A stretch of DNA of 64,000 bases from Candidatus Roizmanbacteria bacterium (GTDB taxonomy: Bacteria; Patescibacteriota; Microgenomatia; UBA1406): the NCBI GenBank assembly GCA_024654535.1, contig JANLHL010000016.1:32626-96625 (forward strand), written 5' to 3'. Made by a program: the position numbers and the translations under genes. The notes beneath the pieces are model-generated. The model saw nothing but the letters and a program-made list of their open reading frames with translations, did not search any database and had not been told where the DNA came from. Below are positions 17,199 through 27,092 of the stretch, piece after piece; the stretch's first letter is position 1; every line of letters starts with the position of its first letter.

Positions 17199-19004
17199 AT
17201 GAACGACAAAAAAGATTATCTTCACAAACTGCGCCATTCAGCAGAACACGTACTGCATCAGGCGATGAAAGAGCTGTATCCACAAATATTACTTGCCATG
17301 GGCCCTGCTACAGATGATGGATTTTATTTTGATTTTGATAGTAAACCAGAAGGCAAAGAAGCAGTAACCATAACTGAGGCAGATTTTCCCAAAATAGAAA
17401 AGCGTATGCAGGAAATCATAGACCAAAATCTGCCTATTACTCGCCATGAAATAAATGTGATCGAAGCCAAAAAAATGTTTGGTGAGAATCCGTACAAAAT
17501 GGAATGGATAGAGCAAGCCAAAGAGCGAGGAGACGCAATTTCTATCTATTGGACAGGGAAACCAGATGAAAAAGGTTCTATGGTAGATCTCTGCGCAGGG
17601 CCACACGTAGATTCTACTGGCGAGATCAAGGCATTCAAGTTGCTTTCAGTTGCAGGCGCTTATTGGCACGGCGATGAAAAGAATAAAATGCTTACCCGTA
17701 TTTATGGCACGGCTTTTAGTTCCCAAAAAGAGCTTGATGAACACCTGAATCTTCTTGAAGAAGCAAGAAAGAGAGATCACAGAAAACTTGGTAAAGAACT
17801 GGGCCTATTTACTTTTTCAGATATGGTTGGAAAAGGTTTGCCACTCTTTACATCAAAGGGCGCGACGATATGGCGTGAACTTGAACGGTATGTGGTAGAC
17901 GAAGAGATAAAACACGGTTATCAGCATGTTCGCACGCCAAATTTGGCAAAGACCGATCTATATAAAAAATCTGGCCACTATCCATACTATAAAGATACGA
18001 TGTACCCTGCGATGAAGATAGATGAGGAAGAGCTTATTTTGCGTCCCATGACGTGTCCGCACCACTTTGCTCTCTATATGGATAAGCCGAGAAGTTACCG
18101 AGAACTACCAATGCGGCTCGCCGAGATGGCACGGTTGTATCGGTACGAAAAATCTGGAGAGCTTACCGGTCTTATTCGCGTTCGTGAATTTACTTTAGCT
18201 GATGCTCACAACTTTGTGAGAAAAGATCAAGCAGCAGAAGAAGTTGGAAATGTGCTTGATTTAATAGAGAAAATTGCGGGAGTTTTGGGTTTGGAGAAAG
18301 GCAAAGATTACGTGTATCGACTTTCGTTGGGTGATCGTGAAAATAAAGAAAAGTACTATGATTCACCTGAGAATTGGGAGTATGGTGAAAAATTATTACG
18401 CACAGTTTTAGAGGAAAGAAAAGCTCCTTATTACGATGCAAAGGGTGAAGCAGCTTTTTATGGGCCAAAAATAGACGTACAGATGAAAAATGTGTTGGGT
18501 AAGGAAGATACGGCCTTTACTGTACAATATGATTTTTGTTTACCAGAACGATTCGGATTGTCATATAGGAACGAAGAAGGTGAGCAGGAACAACCCATAG
18601 TGATACATCGCTCATCTATTGGGGCACTTGAACGTTCAATGGGTTTCTTGATAGAGCGGTATGCAGGGTTATTTCCATTGTGGCTATCTCCTATTCAAGT
18701 TGGTGTGGTCCCTGTATCCGATCAGGTGAGTGCATATGCGAAGAGCGTCCATGATGCGTTTATCGGCGCTGGTATTCGCTCGGAGTTAAATGTTGAGAAC
18801 AAAACATTGGGTGCAAAAATACGCGACTTTACATTGCAAAAGGTACCATACCTGTGTATAATTGGAGCTAGTGAAGAGAAAAGAGCTAGGGAAGAGGGTA
18901 AAGCCTACGTTTCGGTGCGAACAAGAGAAGGTAAGAATCGAGGAGTAGTTGTATTATCAGAGTTTTTAGCGGAGCTAACAAAACACATTGAGAAGAAAGC
19001 CTAG
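17199..19004 (+). CDS. thrS: Threonine--tRNA ligase (no N-terminal TGS domain)
   Basis: 601 aa; starts at the editing/SAD domain (HSAEHVLHQA, HxxxH), class II catalytic core and C-terminal anticodon-binding domain. Confidence 0.95.
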   Translation: MNDKKDYLHKLRHSAEHVLHQAMKELYPQILLAMGPATDDGFYFDFDSKPEGKEAVTITEADFPKIEKRMQEIIDQNLPITRHEINVIEAKKMFGENPYKMEWIEQAKERGDAISIYWTGKPDEKGSMVDLCAGPHVDSTGEIKAFKLLSVAGAYWHGDEKNKMLTRIYGTAFSSQKELDEHLNLLEEARKRDHRKLGKELGLFTFSDMVGKGLPLFTSKGATIWRELERYVVDEEIKHGYQHVRTPNLAKTDLYKKSGHYPYYKDTMYPAMKIDEEELILRPMTCPHHFALYMDKPRSYRELPMRLAEMARLYRYEKSGELTGLIRVREFTLADAHNFVRKDQAAEEVGNVLDLIEKIAGVLGLEKGKDYVYRLSLGDRENKEKYYDSPENWEYGEKLLRTVLEERKAPYYDAKGEAAFYGPKIDVQMKNVLGKEDTAFTVQYDFCLPERFGLSYRNEEGEQEQPIVIHRSSIGALERSMGFLIERYAGLFPLWLSPIQVGVVPVSDQVSAYAKSVHDAFIGAGIRSELNVENKTLGAKIRDFTLQKVPYLCIIGASEEKRAREEGKAYVSVRTREGKNRGVVVLSEFLAELTKHIEKKA

Positions 19005-19563
19005 TAAAAAGGACTTACGAAAAAGAGCAATACGAACAAACGAGTATATTCCGCATGCAAAGATGCGGGTTTTAGCTGCTGATAATGTACAAATAGGTGT
19101 GTTGACACGTATAGAAGCACTGAACCTTGCGAAAGAGCAGGGTGTAGACTTGGTTGAAGTTGCGCCAAAAGCGGTACCGCCAGTGGCAAAACTGATAGAG
19201 TTTAATAAGTATTTGTATCAGCTTGCAAAGAAAGAAAAGTCGGAATTAAAAGGACGAACGGAGGTAAAAGAGGTTAAGATAGGACTGTTTATGGCAGAGA
19301 ATGACTTGGGGAGGATGGTAGAGAGAGTACAAGACTTTCTCAAAAAGAACCATCAGGTAAAAATAAGCTTGTGGCTCAAAGGTCGCCAGCTCGATAAGAA
19401 GCAAGATGCGCGAGTATTTATGCAGACATTTATACAGCGAGCAAGTTTTGCGAAAATAGTAAGCGAGCCGGTGATGCAAGGAAAAGTAATGCGAGCAGTT
19501 ATAACGTTCGATAAGGACAAAAAAAATGAAAAAGCCCAAAGTAATAAAATTGAGAAAGCTTAA
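18988..19563 (+). CDS. infC: Translation initiation factor IF-3
   Basis: IRTNEYI...VRVL-like N-domain and VDLVEVAPKAVPPVAKLIEFNKYLYQ; ORF-track start is TTG inside the thrS 3' end; true start uncertain (in-frame ATA at 19030 is an alternative, infC commonly uses atypical starts). Confidence 0.85.
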   Translation: MRRKPSKKDLRKRAIRTNEYIPHAKMRVLAADNVQIGVLTRIEALNLAKEQGVDLVEVAPKAVPPVAKLIEFNKYLYQLAKKEKSELKGRTEVKEVKIGLFMAENDLGRMVERVQDFLKKNHQVKISLWLKGRQLDKKQDARVFMQTFIQRASFAKIVSEPVMQGKVMRAVITFDKDKKNEKAQSNKIEKA

Positions 19564-19747
19564 GATTAAGAAATCTGTCAGTAAGCGTTTTAAAGTAACA
19601 CCAACGGGCAAAGTAATGCACCGTAGTCAGAATATACGCCACTTGAGTAGTAATAAGTCTAAAAACCAGCTCAGAAGATTGCGAAAGAAAAAGAGCTTGT
19701 TTTCAACAGATGCAATAAAAATTAAAAAATTATTAGGAGTAGGATGA
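19526..19747 (+). CDS. rpmI: 50S ribosomal protein L35
   Basis: KSVSKRFKVTPTGKVMHRSQNIRHL pattern; position between infC and rplT. Confidence 0.85.
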   Translation: MKKPKVIKLRKLKIKKSVSKRFKVTPTGKVMHRSQNIRHLSSNKSKNQLRRLRKKKSLFSTDAIKIKKLLGVG

Positions 19748-20094
19748 CACGAGTTAAAAGAGGTGTAGTCACACGAAGAAAACATAAAAAACTTTTGGGT
19801 CTTGCAAAAGGTTATGAAATGAGCCGCAGTAGCAGGCTTAGTGTAGCAAAAGAGACCGTGTTGCATGCTGGTGAATACGCATTTGCAGGAAGACGAAAAA
19901 GAAAGGGCGATTTTAGAAGGACATGGATTGTTCGTATCAATGCGGCTCTTCGTGGCATGGATATGACCTATTCTTCCTTTATAGCACTTATGAAGAAAAA
20001 AAACATTGGCCTGGATAGAAAAATTTTGAGCGCATTAGCTCAAAAGGAACAGATTTTCAAAAATGTAGTCGATGCAGTAAAAAAACAAAAATAA
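19744..20094 (+). CDS. rplT: 50S ribosomal protein L20
   Basis: MTRVKRGVVTRRKHKKLLGLAKGY N-terminus; ATGA overlap with rpmI. Confidence 0.95.
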   Translation: MTRVKRGVVTRRKHKKLLGLAKGYEMSRSSRLSVAKETVLHAGEYAFAGRRKRKGDFRRTWIVRINAALRGMDMTYSSFIALMKKKNIGLDRKILSALAQKEQIFKNVVDAVKKQK

Positions 20095-20098
20095 ACTC

Positions 20099-21142
20099 AT
20101 GGATTCACACATACAGTCAAGACTCAACTTGTATGTTCGTTCGCTAGAAAATGCGTCTTCCCTCGAGGATCTTCTGAAAATTCATATAGAAATCTTTGGT
20201 AAAAAAGGATATTTTGCACACCTTTTTCAAACTCTTGCACAAGAGAGCGATATGGAAAAGAAAAAGACTATGGGTGCTTTTTTCAATACAGAGAAACAAA
20301 AACTCGAACATGTTTTCAGTAAAAGACAAGACGAATTTTTACAGACAAAACAAGATGTTGTGGGCGATGTTACCGTGCCTGGTATTGGGCCAAAGTTGGG
20401 CAGTATGCATATTGTTACGAGCGCTATTGAAGAAATACGTCGTATCTATTCGCGTATAGGTTTTTATCAATATTCATATCCAGAAGTTGAGTGGGAATAC
20501 TTTTCATTTGAAGCCCTTAATATGCCTGCCGATCACCCAGCACGTGATGATTTTGAAACTTTTTTTGTCGATGGTCCAGTATCTAAAAAATATGGCAGAA
20601 TGGTACTAACTCCTCATACTTCAAACGGTCAAGTACGTGAGATGTTGCGACTTGGAAAGCCGCCGATACGTATGATTAATATTGCTCGTTGTTATAGGCC
20701 CAATTGGGATGTTACCCACGTGCCGATGATGCATCAGTTCGAGGGTTTATGCGTTGATAAAGGGATATCAATACAACACCTTAAAGGTACGATGAGTTAT
20801 TTCGCACGAGAATTTTTTGGTTACGATGTAAAAACGCGTCTTCGACCCCACAACTTTGAATTTACTGAACCGTCATTTGAGGTTGATATAAGCTGCATTC
20901 ACTGCAATGGGACAGGTATCACAAAGGAAGGCAAATGTCGTATCTGTAAAAGTGGCTGGTTAGAACTGGGTGGTTCTGGCTTAGTCCACCCAAACGTGCT
21001 CAAAGCTGGTGGTATAGATAGCTCTGTCTATAGTGGTTGGGCATTTGGTTTTGGTATTGAGCGTGTTGCTATGATTAAATATCAAATTGACGATATACGT
21101 AAGTTATATAGCGGTGAATTACGCTACGTTTTAGAGAGCTAA
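20099..21142 (+). CDS. pheS: Phenylalanine--tRNA ligase alpha subunit
   Basis: 347 aa; class II motifs (HPARD, FRPHNFEFTEPS, GWAFGFGIERVAM); Cys4 ribbon CIHCNG...CRICKSG in the catalytic domain. Confidence 0.95.
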   Translation: MDSHIQSRLNLYVRSLENASSLEDLLKIHIEIFGKKGYFAHLFQTLAQESDMEKKKTMGAFFNTEKQKLEHVFSKRQDEFLQTKQDVVGDVTVPGIGPKLGSMHIVTSAIEEIRRIYSRIGFYQYSYPEVEWEYFSFEALNMPADHPARDDFETFFVDGPVSKKYGRMVLTPHTSNGQVREMLRLGKPPIRMINIARCYRPNWDVTHVPMMHQFEGLCVDKGISIQHLKGTMSYFAREFFGYDVKTRLRPHNFEFTEPSFEVDISCIHCNGTGITKEGKCRICKSGWLELGGSGLVHPNVLKAGGIDSSVYSGWAFGFGIERVAMIKYQIDDIRKLYSGELRYVLES

Positions 21143-21143
21143 C

Positions 21144-23129
21144 ATGAATATACTATTACCATACTCGAGCATTAAGAAACGCCTGACTACAGATACCACC
21201 GTTGAAGAATTTCAACGTTTTCTTTCGTTGTGTGGCCCTTCAATAGAGCGTATTGAAAAGATAGGTAATGACTACGTCATGGATATCGAAGTGACTACAA
21301 ATCGCATCGATATGGCGTGTGTGGCAGGAATAGTACAAGAAGCAAACGCAATTCTGCCACTTTTTGATAAAAAGGTTTCTGTATCAGAAAATTTACTGAC
21401 CGATTATTCATTGTCTCAACTTAATTTTCCAAAAGAGGATTTGTTACACGTCATCAATGACTTTTCGTTGAGCCCTCGTATTACCGCGGTGGTATTTGAA
21501 AATATTATTTTGCAAGAATCTTCAGAAGAAATACGGACATTTTTAGAAAAGGTAGGTGTTCGACCAATAAATAACGTTGTTGATATATCGAATTATCTTA
21601 TGTATTTGTTCGGTCAACCGGTCCATATATTTGATTACGATAAAATTGGTGGTGGAATTATCAAATTACGAAAAAGCAAAAAAGGTGAAAAAATTGAGCT
21701 TTTGGATGAAAAAACCTACACATTGCCTGGTAACGATATAGTTATAGAAGATGGGAATGGCAAACTCATCGATCTTTGTGGCATTATGGGAGGTAAGGTA
21801 AGCGAGGTAGACGAGCACACAAAGCGTATAGTGCTTTTTGTTCCCTCGTACAGTAAGAAATATATTCGAAAAACATCTATGCTGACAGCTGCGCGCAGCA
21901 CTGCTTCTTCATACTATGAGAAGGGGATAGACACAGCACGTGTTGAACCTACCTTTACGTACGGTGTGAAATTGCTTACAGAGCACGCGCAGGCTCACAT
22001 GTCATCGCGCTTGGTAGATGTTCATGAGGGGCTGTATACGCCTCGATCAATTTCAGTTACTGCGCAGTATATTATAGATACGATTGGTGAATCAGTCGAT
22101 GAACACGTCGTAGAAAATATATTGTCTTCACTTGGATTTGGTGTTACGAAAAGTGGAAAGTCAATACAGGTGACGGTGCCATTTTGGCGTCAGTTTGACG
22201 TTTTTGAACCGCACGATATTGTTGAAGAAGTAGCACGTATATATGGTTATCATACGATTAATGAGGTCATGTCTCCGTTTTCTCTCGTGCGTGATGAAAA
22301 AATACGTGAGTTTGAAGAATCGTACAGAGCAGAAACAGCGGTAAAAACATACCTTTGTAATACAGGTTTCATAGAAATGTATAACTACTCTATGGAGTCT
22401 TTGGAAATGCTCGGTTACTTTTCATCTGATCCGAAATGCCATTTGCGTATATCAAACCCAATATCTGAAGATCTTGTCTATATGCGGCAGTCAATTATCC
22501 CGTCGCTTTATAAAAATATGCTTGATAATACTCAGTTTGAACACTTGTCACTTTTTGAAATAGCAAACATATATATACCGCGCGCAGCAGATTTACCCAA
22601 TGAAGTACGCACACTTGGCATACTTGTTCAAGATTCACTATCTTCATTAAAAATGACACTACAGAATTGCGTTACACAACTTAATACCTCTATAGAATAT
22701 AAAAAAGGGTCCCTTGACTACGCAACAAACGAATGTATAGAGCTTTATAGCAATGGTACTTTTGTAGGGTACGCCGGTCGATTGTTACCGGCACTTGAAC
22801 AAAGAATAGGAAAAAAATTGGTATTTGCTGAGTTGAAGTGGGACGCACTAGTAACGAGAACTCGCGCAAAACAAACTTTATTAAAGAAAAAACCACAATA
22901 CGTTATCGAAGATATTACCTATACATACAAAGCTGGTTTAGAATGGTTTGAGCTTACTTCTAATGTGCAAAAGAAATTTTCGGAAATACAGAGAATAGAG
23001 TATAGGGATGAGTACAAAGATAATATTACAATGAGGCTCTATACACTACCAGAAAAAGGACAATCGATTGTAAAGAAATGTGTGGAATATATGCGAAATG
23101 AACTTGGAATTGTGGTAAAGGCGAAATAA
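21144..23129 (+). CDS. pheT: Phenylalanine--tRNA ligase beta subunit (no N-terminal OB-fold tRNA-binding domain)
   Basis: 661 aa; B3/4, B5, FDX-ACB-like arrangement; directly follows pheS. Confidence 0.9.
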   Translation: MNILLPYSSIKKRLTTDTTVEEFQRFLSLCGPSIERIEKIGNDYVMDIEVTTNRIDMACVAGIVQEANAILPLFDKKVSVSENLLTDYSLSQLNFPKEDLLHVINDFSLSPRITAVVFENIILQESSEEIRTFLEKVGVRPINNVVDISNYLMYLFGQPVHIFDYDKIGGGIIKLRKSKKGEKIELLDEKTYTLPGNDIVIEDGNGKLIDLCGIMGGKVSEVDEHTKRIVLFVPSYSKKYIRKTSMLTAARSTASSYYEKGIDTARVEPTFTYGVKLLTEHAQAHMSSRLVDVHEGLYTPRSISVTAQYIIDTIGESVDEHVVENILSSLGFGVTKSGKSIQVTVPFWRQFDVFEPHDIVEEVARIYGYHTINEVMSPFSLVRDEKIREFEESYRAETAVKTYLCNTGFIEMYNYSMESLEMLGYFSSDPKCHLRISNPISEDLVYMRQSIIPSLYKNMLDNTQFEHLSLFEIANIYIPRAADLPNEVRTLGILVQDSLSSLKMTLQNCVTQLNTSIEYKKGSLDYATNECIELYSNGTFVGYAGRLLPALEQRIGKKLVFAELKWDALVTRTRAKQTLLKKKPQYVIEDITYTYKAGLEWFELTSNVQKKFSEIQRIEYRDEYKDNITMRLYTLPEKGQSIVKKCVEYMRNELGIVVKAK

Positions 23130-23675
23130 TTACACTCGATAGAAATACGTTTTGAAGTTTCCTTCTCTAATAGTATGCCAGCATTTGTTGTTCCAGTTTT
23201 TTATTTTAAACCCGTGTGAGATGATGAGAGTATTTTTTTTACACTCAGTGAGTAATTTAGCAGAGAGTTGTGCAACTATTTCAGGATAAAGAAAAAAATA
23301 AATAACGGTTGCCTGTTTGAGATCCGTAGCATATATATCTTCATGAATAAACTCTGATTTATTTGGAGGCTCAAAGTATTTTTTTCGAAATAGACAAAAG
23401 GTATACAAAAGCTTATTAAGCTCTACACCAATGCATCGCGCTTGTGAATGCTGAGCAACAAAAAAAACAACATTACCATTACCACTGCCCAAATCGTAGA
23501 AAATGTCAGTCGAGCTGAGTGGTATAGAGGAAAAAATTCGTGTTAAATCTTTCCTTCTCGTTGGTACGAAGGGAACTCCTATTTGCTGAGAAATAAAAAG
23601 CGCTAAGAAAAAGAGGATAAAAAATACGAGGATAATTGTTAACAGGAAAAGAGCGATAATACTAGAGATTTCCAT
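23130..23675 (-). CDS. Membrane-anchored class I SAM-dependent methyltransferase
   Basis: 181 aa; N-terminal TM; motif I DLGSGNGNVVFFVA. Confidence 0.65.
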   Translation of the reverse strand: MEISSIIALFLLTIILVFFILFFLALFISQQIGVPFVPTRRKDLTRIFSSIPLSSTDIFYDLGSGNGNVVFFVAQHSQARCIGVELNKLLYTFCLFRKKYFEPPNKSEFIHEDIYATDLKQATVIYFFLYPEIVAQLSAKLLTECKKNTLIISHGFKIKNWNNKCWHTIREGNFKTYFYRV

Positions 23676-23763
23676 TGTGTGAATAATTATATGTACTTTT
23701 CTTTATTATTTGTTGTACTGCTATTCTATACATTTTATGTACAAGTGGTATAAAATTGTATCA

Positions 23764-25098
23764 ATGGATATTGAGAGAATAGCTGAGGAGTTTAAAAATA
23801 AGAATATTGTATTAGTCGGATTGGGGTTGCAGGGTGGTGCCGTTGGCGTTGCAAAATTTTTATCTCGTTTTGTATCTCTCTGTACTGTTACCGATTTGAG
23901 AAAAGAGACGGAACTTCGCCCATCAATAGATGCGCTACAATACTTTAAAAATATACAGTTTGAGTTAGGCGAGCATAGACCTTCAACTTTTTTATCTGCT
24001 GATTGTATAGTGATTGGTCCGTCTGTGCGCTTAGATATGCCACAGTTGGTGAGCGCACGAGAAAAAGGTATCCCCATAGTAAGCGAGATGGAACTTTTTT
24101 TTAAATACAATTCGCGACCTGTTATCGGTGTTACTGGAACTCGTGGGAAGACCACCACAACGACACTTATATACGAAATGCTCAAAATGGACAAGAGAAA
24201 TGTTCTTCTCGGTGGAAATATCCCAGGTAGCTCTACTTTGTCTCTTTTGGAAAAAGAGTGCGATTTGGTTTTGCTGGAACTATCCTCGTGGCAATTGTCC
24301 GGGTTGCATAGAATAGGTATAAGTCCGCATATAGCTGTATTCACCAATTTCTTTCCTGATCACCTTAATTTTTACTCTTCTATGGATGATTATTTGTTCG
24401 ATAAACAGGCAATCTATACTTTTCAGAACGACAAAGACCACCTTGTCGTAAATAAATCGCTGCAAAAAATTATTGAAAAAAATATGCCACGATCACGCGT
24501 TCATTATTTTACTCAAAACACGTATACCAAAAAAATTGCATTACTAGGTGATCATAATCGAGAAAATGTCTCTGCAGCTTTTACCGTTGGAGAAATTTTG
24601 GGCGTTTCGCCACAAGCACTTTCAGTATTAAGCACATTCAAAGGCGTATCTTTTCGGCTTGAGAATATCGAAACGATTAATGGCGTAGATATATACAACG
24701 ATACAACCTCTACGACACCTATCGCAGGCATACGGGCTCTTGAAGCAATCCACGATCGTTACAAGCGGATAATACTTATCACAGGGGGTAACAGTAAGGG
24801 CTTACCCGTTGAGGAGTGGTTGGGAACCGTACAGTCGTTTGCAACAAGAGTGGTATGCATGGAGGGAACGTTTACTGATAGTATTTTGCCAAGGCTTGAT
24901 AAAAGTAAGTTATTGGCTTTAATTCCTATGAGTAATTTAAAGTCAATACTTTCGCTTGCGATGAAGTATTCGCAACCGGGAGATGCTATTCTATTTTCAC
25001 CATCTGCTACTTCATTCGCTATGTTTAAAAATGAATTCGATAGGGGAGAGCAATTTAATAAAATTGTAGAGGAGTATAGTAAGCAGTACGATAAATAG
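23764..25098 (+). CDS. murD: UDP-N-acetylmuramoylalanine--D-glutamate ligase
   Basis: Rossmann N-domain VLVGLGLQGGAVG, P-loop GVTGTRGKTTTT; ATG 23764 preferred, preceded by TGGTATAAA (23746-23754). Confidence 0.85.
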   Translation: MDIERIAEEFKNKNIVLVGLGLQGGAVGVAKFLSRFVSLCTVTDLRKETELRPSIDALQYFKNIQFELGEHRPSTFLSADCIVIGPSVRLDMPQLVSAREKGIPIVSEMELFFKYNSRPVIGVTGTRGKTTTTTLIYEMLKMDKRNVLLGGNIPGSSTLSLLEKECDLVLLELSSWQLSGLHRIGISPHIAVFTNFFPDHLNFYSSMDDYLFDKQAIYTFQNDKDHLVVNKSLQKIIEKNMPRSRVHYFTQNTYTKKIALLGDHNRENVSAAFTVGEILGVSPQALSVLSTFKGVSFRLENIETINGVDIYNDTTSTTPIAGIRALEAIHDRYKRIILITGGNSKGLPVEEWLGTVQSFATRVVCMEGTFTDSILPRLDKSKLLALIPMSNLKSILSLAMKYSQPGDAILFSPSATSFAMFKNEFDRGEQFNKIVEEYSKQYDK

Positions 25099-25137
25099 GG
25101 CGAATCTATCTATTTGCTATAATGGGAGGTAGACTAT

Positions 25138-25209
25138 GCCTCTGTAGCTTAACGGATAGAGTAGCGGTCTTCGGAACCGCTGGTAGAGGTTCGATTCCTC
25201 TCAGAGGCA
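25138..25209 (+). tRNA. tRNA-Arg (anticodon TCG)
   Basis: Acceptor GCCTCTG/CAGAGGC, anticodon loop CT-TCG-GA, T-loop GGTTCGATTCC, discriminator A; TGCTATAAT at 25115-25123. Confidence 0.9.
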
Positions 25210-25276
25210 CAAGGGAATTTAAAGTTGAAAATTAAAAATTTAGAATTTGAAACAGCGCACTGTTTAATACAAAAAC

Positions 25277-26860
25277 ATGGGAATTTCACAGTTTACGCGA
25301 TCGCTAATCGACGAAACCCAGCGCGTCAGCACAGAGGCCGTGCAGGATGAGGGCGATTTTATTGAAGTTTCTAAAACAGTTTCTTTCTTTGCAATTGCGT
25401 ACGAAAAAATTCGAAACGTAATTGAATTTAAAGATGACCACATTATTCGTCGTAATGCAATAAATAGAATTGTACGCAGACGGCTTGCTTTTAATCCATC
25501 CTTAACTAACGAAAGCCTATCAATTGCCAAAGAGATAGTATGGGCAGGGTATGTGTCTAGTAATAGAATTCCTGAGCAGAAAATAGACCGTCTGGACAAA
25601 ATAATTCGATGGTATATCGGTCTTAGAAATGAGATAGTCAAAGCACAAACATCGAGTCGACGTTCGTACTATATACAGTTCGTATATGATTTGCTAGTTT
25701 CACAAATCGAAGAATTGTTTGCTGAAAAAGAGTTTAGTATTCGTAAATTTTTTACCTTTTATATTTATCAAGTGCTTAATCCACAGATTGAGATTCAAGG
25801 ACTTGATGAGTCTGAAAAGAATCTCTATTTTTATATAGCAACCGAGAAGGTACTTTTAAAAAGTGATACGCCATATTTGCGTTTTCACTTAATGAAACTT
25901 TTATCTGAGCAGCTGCTTCGTGTTGCGCCTGACTCATTTAGTGAACACGTGGAGCAATTTAAACGCGCATTTTCGTATATAGACAGCAAAATAGAGCAGC
26001 CGATCAATCAAAAAGTTCTCCAGTATTTACGCAATCAACGTCCCGCGTTTCTTATTTTTCAGGAATTTATTATGCGTCATCAGGGGAAACTTGCAGAAAT
26101 CATGGATGACCCTGTGAAGTTCAAGGGATCAATTGAAGCAATTTGCCGAGATAAGTATGAGAACGCAAAAGAAAAATTGAGAAGAGCTGGATTTAGAAGT
26201 ATTATCTATATTTTCCTAACAAAAATGTTGTTTGTACTCGCCGCAGAATACCCGCTTATGTTGCGGCTTGGGGAAAAAATAGACTATATGACGTTAGGCA
26301 TAAATGCGCTGTTCCCTGTACTTCTTATGGTTTTATTTGTTGGGTTGGTTGAAGTACCAGATGATGAAAATACCGCTCGCATTTATGAAAAAATAAATGC
26401 ATTTGTTTACGGTGAGAAAATGCAAATAGCAGTCTTTCGAGAGAGAAAGAAAGCAAAACGTGGTTTCATAGCTCAGATTTTGTTTTGGTTATTCTACGTT
26501 GTAACATTTGGTACAACGTTTTATTCGATAGATCTCGTTTTAGATATGCTGAACTTCCAGCTGATGAGTAAGGCTATATTCTTCTTTTTTGTAACCGCTG
26601 TTAGTTTCTTTGGTTACAGAGTGCGTCAAATTGCCAAGGAATATATAATAAAAGAAAAAGATTCTGTACTAACCCCTGTCTATGATTTTTTTATGATTCC
26701 ACTTATTTCAGTAGGAAAATGGCTTAGTAGCGAAATATCCAAGATAAACGTACTTATATTTATATTCGATTTCCTTATTGAAGCTCCGTTTAAAGTGCTC
26801 TTTGAGGTAATAGAGGAGTGGATTGGCTTTTTGAAGCATCGGAAAGAGGAAATGGTATAA
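25277..26860 (+). CDS. Hypothetical polytopic membrane protein
   Basis: 527 aa; soluble N-terminal half, several TM helices in the C-terminal half; no motif recognised. Confidence 0.5.
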   Translation: MGISQFTRSLIDETQRVSTEAVQDEGDFIEVSKTVSFFAIAYEKIRNVIEFKDDHIIRRNAINRIVRRRLAFNPSLTNESLSIAKEIVWAGYVSSNRIPEQKIDRLDKIIRWYIGLRNEIVKAQTSSRRSYYIQFVYDLLVSQIEELFAEKEFSIRKFFTFYIYQVLNPQIEIQGLDESEKNLYFYIATEKVLLKSDTPYLRFHLMKLLSEQLLRVAPDSFSEHVEQFKRAFSYIDSKIEQPINQKVLQYLRNQRPAFLIFQEFIMRHQGKLAEIMDDPVKFKGSIEAICRDKYENAKEKLRRAGFRSIIYIFLTKMLFVLAAEYPLMLRLGEKIDYMTLGINALFPVLLMVLFVGLVEVPDDENTARIYEKINAFVYGEKMQIAVFRERKKAKRGFIAQILFWLFYVVTFGTTFYSIDLVLDMLNFQLMSKAIFFFFVTAVSFFGYRVRQIAKEYIIKEKDSVLTPVYDFFMIPLISVGKWLSSEISKINVLIFIFDFLIEAPFKVLFEVIEEWIGFLKHRKEEMV

Positions 26861-26861
26861 T
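26831..26861 (+). promoter_or_regulatory. Promoter of the T-box leader (TTGAAG ... TGGTATAAT)
   Basis: TTGAAG 26831-26836; extended -10 TGGTATAAT 26853-26861, overlapping the stop of the upstream gene. Confidence 0.55.
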
Positions 26862-26867
26862 TAACTA

Positions 26868-27092
26868 TTACATCCGTTATTAAAGAGAGTCGCGCCTCTT
26901 GAATCGTAAGATACGGATCGTGCAAAATACACGACGGAATAGTGCCCGTAATAGCACGAAGCTCTTGTCACCAAATCGGTAAACAGAGAGAGCGTAAGGT
27001 TCTATCGGCAACGGTGGAATAAAGCACAGTGGTACCACGGCAAAGCCGTCTGTGTTTGTCTAGAAAACTAGGCAGACATAGGCGGCTTTTTT
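26868..27092 (+). promoter_or_regulatory. T-box riboswitch leader (tRNA-sensing transcription attenuator)
   Basis: Canonical antiterminator: A1 CACAG(27025-29)/CUGUG(27050-54), 7-nt bulge UGGUACC (27030-36), A2 ACGG/CCGU, loop CAAAG; competing 19-bp terminator 27045-27063/27068-27086 plus U6. Stem I and the specifier could not be assigned by eye. Confidence 0.8.
27045..27092 (+). terminator. Intrinsic terminator of the T-box expression platform
   Basis: 19-bp stem (4 G-U pairs), AAAA loop, TTTTTT at 27087-27092; 5' arm overlaps the antiterminator 3' strands. Confidence 0.8.

Noticed and set aside
23721-24347. 208-aa ORF antisense to murD. Similar long antisense ORFs occur at 41800-42300 (opposite pilB), 10845-11183, 14192-14533, 27148-27480, 56142-56483 and 57841-58194.
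   Set aside because: Each lies entirely inside a gene with strong family motifs on the other strand. The translations are low-complexity or Cys/Ser-rich with no motifs. They are typical shadow ORFs.
26882-26966. Attempt to assign T-box Stem I and the specifier codon by hand (candidate helices 26883-87/26962-66 and 26891-95/26954-58; small hairpins at 26903-18, 26918-34 and 26942-57; candidate specifiers CGA, GCU and AAG).
   Set aside because: The alternative folds conflict with one another, and none reproduces the K-turn, AG bulge and distal loop set convincingly. The amino-acid specificity is therefore left open rather than asserted.
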